Part shown: positions 57,851 to 64,000 of the stretch, in pieces
How the letters are laid out: each line of letters starts with the position of its first letter
Position numbering within the stretch: position 1 is the first letter of the stretch
From: an uncultured Acidimicrobiaceae bacterium
GTDB lineage: Bacteria; Actinomycetota; Acidimicrobiia; Acidimicrobiales; Ilumatobacteraceae
Reading direction: 5' to 3'
DNA: 64,000 nucleotides
Assembly: GCA_963732585.1 (NCBI GenBank)
Contig: CAVSZY010000007.1
Coordinates: forward strand, 98,807-162,806
Program-made: the position numbers and the translations under genes
The notes under the pieces: model-generated
What the model was told of the DNA's origin: nothing
What the model saw: only the letters and a program-made list of their open reading frames with translations
Database searches by the model: none

Positions 57851-58438
57851 ATGATCATCGTAGGTATCGATCCGCTCGAAGTCGAGCGTGGGCTGGTTGC
57901 TGGCGAGTTCGACTGCCCGGATTGTTCGGGCAGCGTGCGGCCGTGGGGGTCTGCTCGACGGCGGGTGTTGCGTTGCGCTGAGTCTGTGGAGGTGTGGCGG
58001 CAGCCTCGTCGTGGCCGATGTTCGGTGTGCCGACGTACGCATGTGCTGGTTGCGCAGGATTCGCTGGTCAGACGGCGCGACGAGGTGGGGGTGATCGGCG
58101 CGGCGTTGGTGGCCAAGGCTGGTGGTGACGGTCATCGGCGTGCCGCCGAGCGGTTGGGGGTGCCCGCGGCGACGGTGCGCGGCTGGTTGCGGCGGTTCTC
58201 GTCGTGGGCTGAGGCGATCCGGGTGTGGTTCACGGTGCTCGCTCATGATCTGGATCCGGTGCTCGTGCCGATCGACCCGACCGGCACGGCGGTGGGTGAC
58301 GCGGTCGAAGCGATCGCTGTCGCGGCTCGTGCGGGGGTGTTGCGGTTCGGGCCGTTGCCGCCGTGGCAGTTCACGGTTCGGGCGTCTCGGGGCCGGTTGT
58401 TGTGCAACACGGGTTGCCCCTGGGCGGCCGCTCGCTGA
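57851..58438 (+). CDS. transposon accessory protein, Zn-ribbon plus HTH-like (resembles DUF6431-type proteins)
   Basis: 195 aa; CPDCSG...CSVCRRTH four-Cys pattern, then GHRRAAERLGVPAATVRGWLRRF HTH-like segment. Confidence 0.55.
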   Translation: MIIVGIDPLEVERGLVAGEFDCPDCSGSVRPWGSARRRVLRCAESVEVWRQPRRGRCSVCRRTHVLVAQDSLVRRRDEVGVIGAALVAKAGGDGHRRAAERLGVPAATVRGWLRRFSSWAEAIRVWFTVLAHDLDPVLVPIDPTGTAVGDAVEAIAVAARAGVLRFGPLPPWQFTVRASRGRLLCNTGCPWAAAR

Positions 58439-58497
58439 TTTGAGATCGTCAACCCGTCGCCGAAACCCGGCGGCAGTCGACCCTGAAAGAGGCCCTG

Positions 58498-59868
58498 ATG
58501 AGCGATCGTCGTCGTGATGTCGCCCTGTTCCGCTATTCGTTGATCCGTGAGGCTGCCGACCCGGCGATCTCGCATGCCGAACGCGGTGTGCTCGTGCGGG
58601 AACTCGCTGGTCGCGAACATCACGGTCCAGGCGGTGAACGTGTCCGTGTTGGGCGTTCGTCAGTGGACCGGTGGATCAGGGCGTGGCAGACCGGAGGGTT
58701 CGACGCCTTGTTCCCCCAGACACGCACCGCAGCACCGTTCACCGCGGTTTCGGTGTTGGAACTCGCCGTGAAGTTGAAGTTGGAAGCACCGAAACGGACC
58801 GCGGCGCAGATCGGCGAGATCATCACCGTGTCCAACGGCTGGTCACCATCGGCGCGCACGATCCAGCGTGAGTTCGCTCGCCGCGGGTTGAACGTCCACC
58901 CCGATGGCACACCGCCGGCGGTGTTCGGCCGGTTCGAAGCCGCTGCTTCGAATGACCGGTGGACCGGTGACGCATTGCATGGCCCGATCATCGGTGCCCG
59001 CAAAGCGTTCCTGTTCGCCTTCTTGGATGACCACTCCCGGGCGTTACCCGGATTCCGGTGGGGTGTTTCGGAGGACACCGTCCGGCTCGAAGCAGCATTG
59101 CGTCATGGGCTCGGCGCCCGCGGGATCCCGAAATCGATCTACGTCGACAACGGCTCTGCGTATGTGTCGGCGCCGTTGCTGCGCACCTGCGCGGTGCTCG
59201 GCATCCGCCTCATTCACTCGAGACCCGGACGTCCCGAAGGCCGAGGGAAGATCGAACGGTTCTTCCGCACCGTCCGAGAACAGTTCCTCGTTGAGATCTC
59301 GGTCAACCCGCCCGCCGATTTCGATGAGTTGAACCGTCTGTTCGTCGCGTGGGTCGAGACCGTCTATCACCACCGCACCCATTCCGAGACCGGCCAGGCA
59401 CCGATCGACCGATACCTGGCTGGTGGTCCGTTCATGATCCCGCACCCGGACCGGTTACGTGAGGCGTTCCTATGGTCCGAGACCCGCACCGTCACCAAGA
59501 CCGCCACCGTCAGCCTGCACGGCAACACCTTCGAAGTCGACGGCGCGCTGGTCGGCCGCAAGGTCGAGGTCGTGTTCGATCCGTTCGATCTCACCCAGAT
59601 CGAGATCCGCTACCAGAACCGCCCGATGGGCCACGGTGTCCCCCAGATCATCGGGCGGCACACCCGCCACCCGATGGTCAAACCCGACCCCGACACCGTG
59701 CGCCCGGCGACGGGAATCAACTACCTCAACCTCGTCGCCGACCGCCACAACAGCGAACTCACCCGTCTCACCCCGACCATCGATTACCGCGCCCTGACCG
59801 TGACGACCGACCCGACCCAACTCGCCGACCAGATGCAGATCCCCGTCGATGGCGGTGAGGCACTGTGA
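58498..59868 (+). CDS. DDE (rve-type) transposase with Mu-transposase-like C-terminal domain
   Basis: 456 aa. N-terminal HTH; WTGDALHG / YVDNGSAY / GRGKIERFF DDE spacing. C-terminal SLHGNTFEVD..KVEVVFDPFDL segment. Confidence 0.85.
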   Translation: MSDRRRDVALFRYSLIREAADPAISHAERGVLVRELAGREHHGPGGERVRVGRSSVDRWIRAWQTGGFDALFPQTRTAAPFTAVSVLELAVKLKLEAPKRTAAQIGEIITVSNGWSPSARTIQREFARRGLNVHPDGTPPAVFGRFEAAASNDRWTGDALHGPIIGARKAFLFAFLDDHSRALPGFRWGVSEDTVRLEAALRHGLGARGIPKSIYVDNGSAYVSAPLLRTCAVLGIRLIHSRPGRPEGRGKIERFFRTVREQFLVEISVNPPADFDELNRLFVAWVETVYHHRTHSETGQAPIDRYLAGGPFMIPHPDRLREAFLWSETRTVTKTATVSLHGNTFEVDGALVGRKVEVVFDPFDLTQIEIRYQNRPMGHGVPQIIGRHTRHPMVKPDPDTVRPATGINYLNLVADRHNSELTRLTPTIDYRALTVTTDPTQLADQMQIPVDGGEAL

Positions 59869-60680
59869 GCATCGAACTCCTGCAAGCCCACTACGGGTTC
59901 GCCCGCATGCCATTCGGCAGAGACCTCGCCCCGCAAATGCTGCACCGCTCCACCGGCCACAACGAAGCCGTCGCCCGGATCGGCTGGTGCATCCAAGAAC
60001 GAGCCCTTGGCGTCATCACCGGTGAGGTCGGTTCCGGGAAAACGGTGGCGACACGTGCCGCCACCAGCGCACTCGACAACAGTCGAGCAACGCTGATCTA
60101 CCTCGGCAACCCCGCCATCGGAGCCCGCGGGATCTACCACGGCATCGTCACCGCCCTCGGTGGTGTCCCCCGATTCCACAAAGCATCACTCATCCCACAA
60201 ACCGTTGACCTGCTCGCCGCCGAAGAGAACGAACGAGGCAAACGCGTCGTCGTCGCGATCGACGAAGCCCACCTCCTCACCCCCGACCAACTCGAAGAGA
60301 TCCGTCTCCTGACCAACAGCGAGCTCGATTCGAAATCCCCGTTCGCGTGTCTGCTCGTCGGCCAACCGACACTACGCCGACGCATCAAGCTCGGCATGTT
60401 CGCCGCGCTCGATCAACGCATCGCGCTGCGCTACGCCATGCCACCCCTCACCCCCACCGAGACCGGCAGCTACATCGCTCACCACCTCAAACTCGCCGGC
60501 CGAGCCGACACCCTATTCTCCGACGACGCCATCGGGCTGATCCACCAAGTCTCCCGAGGACTACCCCGAGCGATCAACAACCTCGCCGTCCAAGCCCTCA
60601 TCGCCGCCTACGCCACCAAGAAAGCCATCGTCGACGAATCCTCAGCACGAGCCGCCATCACCGAAATCACCGCCGACTGA
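59865..60680 (+). CDS. AAA+ ATPase transposition helper (TniB/ExeA-like)
   Basis: 271 aa; GTGA overlap with the transposase. Walker A GEVGSGKT, Walker B VVVAIDEAHLL, LLVGQP. Confidence 0.85.
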   Translation: MSIELLQAHYGFARMPFGRDLAPQMLHRSTGHNEAVARIGWCIQERALGVITGEVGSGKTVATRAATSALDNSRATLIYLGNPAIGARGIYHGIVTALGGVPRFHKASLIPQTVDLLAAEENERGKRVVVAIDEAHLLTPDQLEEIRLLTNSELDSKSPFACLLVGQPTLRRRIKLGMFAALDQRIALRYAMPPLTPTETGSYIAHHLKLAGRADTLFSDDAIGLIHQVSRGLPRAINNLAVQALIAAYATKKAIVDESSARAAITEITAD

Positions 60681-60741
60681 ACCCGTCAGCAGTCCTCAGC
60701 CAAGATGACGCAGCCATCCTCACCCAAGATGTCCGGCAACA

Positions 60742-60746
60742 TATGG
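60742..60746. repeat. target-site duplication TATGG (right copy)
   Basis: See left copy at 57689..57693. Confidence 0.75.
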
Positions 60747-63700
60747 TGGTGATTGGGCGCAGCGGTTGCAGTTGATGGCGTTCCCGGAGTGTGTGTTGAC
60801 GACTCCGGAGTTGCCGGAGTGCTCTCAGGGTGTGGTGGTGGAGACGGTGAATGATGTCGCGACTGGGGTGATTAGTGCCGATATCGAGATCGATGATCGT
60901 GAACTCCCGGATCGTGGTGTTGGCGCAACGCCGGGGTCGGTGACGGTGCCAGCGACGCCAGGCAGCTCGGGTGGCGGGAATGCCGGCGGCGGGAATCCGA
61001 ACGAAACGTCGACGACGTCAACGTCGACGACGCTTGCCGAGATCTCGGAGTCATCGACGAGTACAACCACGACCAGTGTGGTTTCGTCGACTTCGTCGTC
61101 GGTGCAGCGTGGGTTGCGTGCGGGGGGTGTTGCTGGTCGGCGGGTGCAGGTCGGTGGTGGTGGTGGCACGGCGTATGGTTGGAAGGCGGGGTATGCGTCG
61201 CCGTTAGGGAATTTTGCGGCGACGCCGTTGACGTCGGCGTCGTCGTGGTCGGCGGGTTTGGGGATGGGGTCGTTTGATTGGTCGTATCCGGTGCCGATGC
61301 CACCGTCAGGGTTTGGTGCCGCGCCGAGTGTCGGGTTCACCTATTCGTCTTCGGCGGTTGATGGTGTCGTCTTGGATGAGAACAATCAGGGGTTGTTGGG
61401 TGCTGGCTGGTCGTTGGCGTCCGGCGGGTTTATTGAGCGCACCTATTTGCCGTGCACGCTCGATGGTGGCGGCTCGTCGAAGGATTTGTGTTGGGTGTCG
61501 GATAACGCGACGATCAGTTTGAACGGGCGGTCGTCAGAGTTGGTCAAGGTCGAAACGACGGGGTCGTTGACGAAGTGGCGGTTGAAGGATGATCCGGGTT
61601 GGTTCATTGAGCGTGAGCAGGGTGTGGCGGTGTCGGCGTCGGATAATCGTGGCGAGCGGTGGACGGTGTGGTCGCCGGATGGCACCAAGTATGTGTTCGG
61701 GCTACGGGCGCAGACGACGGGTGGCGAGGCGACGAACAGTGTGTGGACGGTGCCGGTGCGCGCTCAGGCGGGTGAGCCGTGCGCAGGTTCGTGGTGTCAG
61801 CAGGCGTGGCGGTGGAATTTGGATCGGGTGCAGGACCCGTCGGGGAACATCATCACCTACATGTATGAGGCCGAGAACAACTTTTACGGGGTTGGTGGTG
61901 AACCGAACTCGCAGACCTCATATCAGCGCGGCGGCTATCTGCGTGAGATCCGTTACGGGGCGCATCTGTCGGCACCGACGGTGTACCGGAATCGGGTGAT
62001 GTTCAACATGAAGGAGCGGTGTCAGCAGACGACGAGTCTGGGAACACCTTGTTTGTGGTCGGGGACGGCGACAGCGGTCTATCCGGACGTGCCGACCGAT
62101 TTGCAGTGCACCACGGCTGCGTCGTGCGACAAGTATTCGCCAAGCTTTTTCACGAAGATGGGTTTGGAGTCGATCGACACGCAGGTGTTGGAGACCGATG
62201 TCGCCGCCGGGAACGGTGATGTGGATACTGGTGCCGGGTGGGCCAAGATCGATCCGGTCGGCGGGTTCACGAACATTTTGCCGTACAGCGTTGCGTCGTT
62301 GGCGCAGTCGGGTGCCGGGTTTTTGGAGGCGAACTCGACGCCGGGTGGCGGGTCGGTGTATTCGGATTACACGGTTGGGTCGTTGCCGGCAGGGTCTGGG
62401 GCGACGTTGACGGCGTGGGTGCGTTCCCCGGGTGTGGCGGTGTCGGGAACGATGAAGTTGTGGGAGTTGTGGGGCGCGCAGTCCGGGGTTCAGCAAGACT
62501 TTGTTGCCGACGGCACGTGGCGGCAGATCTCGGTGACGGTGCCCTCGGTGGCAGCAGCGAACACGATCCTGCGCGCCGAGTTCTATATCAACACCCCTGG
62601 CCATAATCTCGATATCGATTCGGTGTCGGTGCGTGCTGCGGCGGCGTGGCGCACGGTGGACCGGGTGCAACCGGAGTTTGAGTGGCCGTTGCCTCAGGCC
62701 GGGAATCCGCCGCAGTTGTGGTTGCGGCGGATTGTGCGTACGGGCAGCCCGGGGACAGCGGCGGCGGTGGTGATGCCGGAGGTGGAGTTCCATTCGCGTC
62801 ACTCGGTGCTCGATAATCGTGCTGACTCGATGGAGATTCGGATGTATCGGGTCGATGAGATCACTGACGAGTTGGGCGGCCGTACGGTTATTACCTATGG
62901 GCAACGGTTCACTCCGACGGCAACCACGCCTGATCCGGTGACGTCGACGACTCCGTCGGCGCCGTGTGTGATGCCGACGGCGGGTTGGGTGTATAACACG
63001 CAGGATTGTTACCCGCGGTACGCGGTGATCGGCACGGACGCGAATGATAATCCGATTTCCGGGTTTGTGGCCTTCAACCGGTTCTTGGTGAAATCGGTGA
63101 CGGTGAAAGACACCGTTGCAGGCGGCCCCGATATCGTCCACACGTATTCGTATGAGGGCGGTCAGGCCTACCATCACAACGATTCGGTGTTCACCCCAGC
63201 GACCTTTCGGACGTGGTCTGAGCCGCGCGGGTTTGGTGAGGTGATCGAACAGGTCGGTTCCGGGGCGGTGATCACGCAGACCAAGCACCGGTTCTTCCGG
63301 GGGATGAACGGCGATAAAGGCCCGGCCAGTCAACCGGTGCGCTATTTCAACGTCGTTTATGGCGATGGCACGGTCGTACCTGATCATCCACCGTTGCGGG
63401 GCCGCGAGTTCGAGACGGTGCTCAACCCGGCAGCGCCGATCGATCGGACCGCCCACTATTACGCCACGGTGAGCCCATTCGCAGGAGTGCAGCGGGTGGA
63501 TGAGGTGATGACCCGCCACTGGCGTGAAGGCACCACCAGTATTTACACGGAAACGGCCACCGTGTTTGATGCCGAGGGTTTCCCAACCCAGGTCCATGAC
63601 AAGGGTGATGTGACGACGGCGGCGGATGATACGTGCACGGCGATCTGGTATGCGCGTGGCCCATCGGCACCGTATATGAAGGATCGCGTCGCCCGCGTCT

Positions 63701-64000
63701 ACACGGCCAAGGGTGCCCCGACGGGGACGTGGACGTGGGGTGGGTTGTGCAGTATCGCCGCTGGGGCGGAGATCAACATCGCCGATACCGGTTATGACAA
63801 TACGACGGGTTGGGCGCAGATCGGCACGAAAGGGTTGCCGACGAGGACGTGGACCCGGTCGAATGTTTCGGCGACACAATGGGACCCGTTCACCGCCTAC
63901 ACCTATGACAGTGCTGGCCGGTTGACGTCGGTTGATGGTGTGCTGCCCGGCACCGGGGACACGACCTTCACCACATATGACTGGTATGGGTTTGCTAAGT
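60747..64000 (+). pseudogene. Rhs/YD-repeat protein, continuation after the transposon (runs off the window end)
   Basis: This frame was translated by hand over most of 60709-64000 without meeting a stop, and no stop-terminated ORF in it appears in the track after the TGA at 60706-60708. GDWAQRLQLMAFPECVLTTPELPEC, FDWSYPVPMPP, WRWNLDRVQDPSGN, YD repeats (TYDSAGRLTSVDG, TTYDWYG). Confidence 0.8.

Larger units (their letters stand above)
57694..60741 (+). mobile_element. 3,048-bp Mu/Tn7-superfamily-like transposon (DDE transposase plus AAA+ ATPase plus Zn-ribbon accessory ORF)
   Basis: Ends 5-prime TGT...ACA 3-prime; imperfect terminal inverted repeats (18 of 28 positions match). Subterminal TGAGGATGG-type repeats at both ends; 5-bp TSD; inserted in the Rhs ORF. 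Confidence 0.8.

Noticed and set aside
57694-60741. Classification of the mobile element as IS21 family, because of the transposase plus ATPase two-gene layout.
   Set aside because: The ATPase has TniB/ExeA-type motifs rather than IstB-type. The transposase has a Mu-like C-domain, the ends are TGT/ACA, and the target duplication is 5 bp. A Mu/Tn7/Tn5053-like assignment fits better, though it needs a database check.
1-64000. Scan for rRNA, tRNA, tmRNA, CRISPR arrays and prophage or defence-system gene sets.
   Set aside because: Nearly the whole window is covered by protein-coding sequence. The few intergenic regions are short, and none shows cloverleaf-type or repeat-spacer structure that I could support by eye.

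Overview
High-GC actinobacterial-type chromosomal window, read by eye from the six-frame track and the DNA. No rRNA, tRNA or CRISPR array was recognised. (1) About 0.98-35.4 kb is one large cell-envelope glycan locus. It holds nucleotide-sugar genes (galE, UDP-xylose synthase, ugd, gmd) and a Wzm/Wzt ABC exporter whose ATPase has an extra C-terminal domain. It also has about ten GT2/GT4 glycosyltransferases (several multidomain), four SAM methyltransferases, five polytopic GT-C-like membrane proteins (two DUF2142-like) and four small coiled-coil ORFs packed against the large transferases. A secreted protein with a triple repeat of about 120 aa sits inside the locus. (2) In 36.4-43.0 kb four consecutive genes (a CAP-domain protein carrying the same triple repeat, aceE, rnhA, argJ) are broken by many 1-nt frameshifts, yet their residues stay well conserved and no in-frame stops were seen between the shifts. 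Single frameshifts also hit a DUF2142 gene, an ornithine-decarboxylase-like gene and lipB. (3) 45-57 kb is housekeeping: lpd, an E2 acyltransferase, a single-frame lipB-lipA ORF and tandem paralogous membrane-anchored proteins. It also holds a Tat-lipoprotein TlpA-like redoxin with an in-frame TGA exactly at the first Cys of the CxxC motif and a perfect hairpin 18 nt downstream, a candidate selenoprotein. (4) 57.1-64.0 kb is an Rhs/YD-repeat gene with atypical codon usage. It is split precisely by a 3,048-bp Mu/Tn7-like transposon (TGT..ACA ends, 5-bp TATGG duplication). Frameshift coordinates are approximate, and function calls rest on motif recognition from memory, not on searches.
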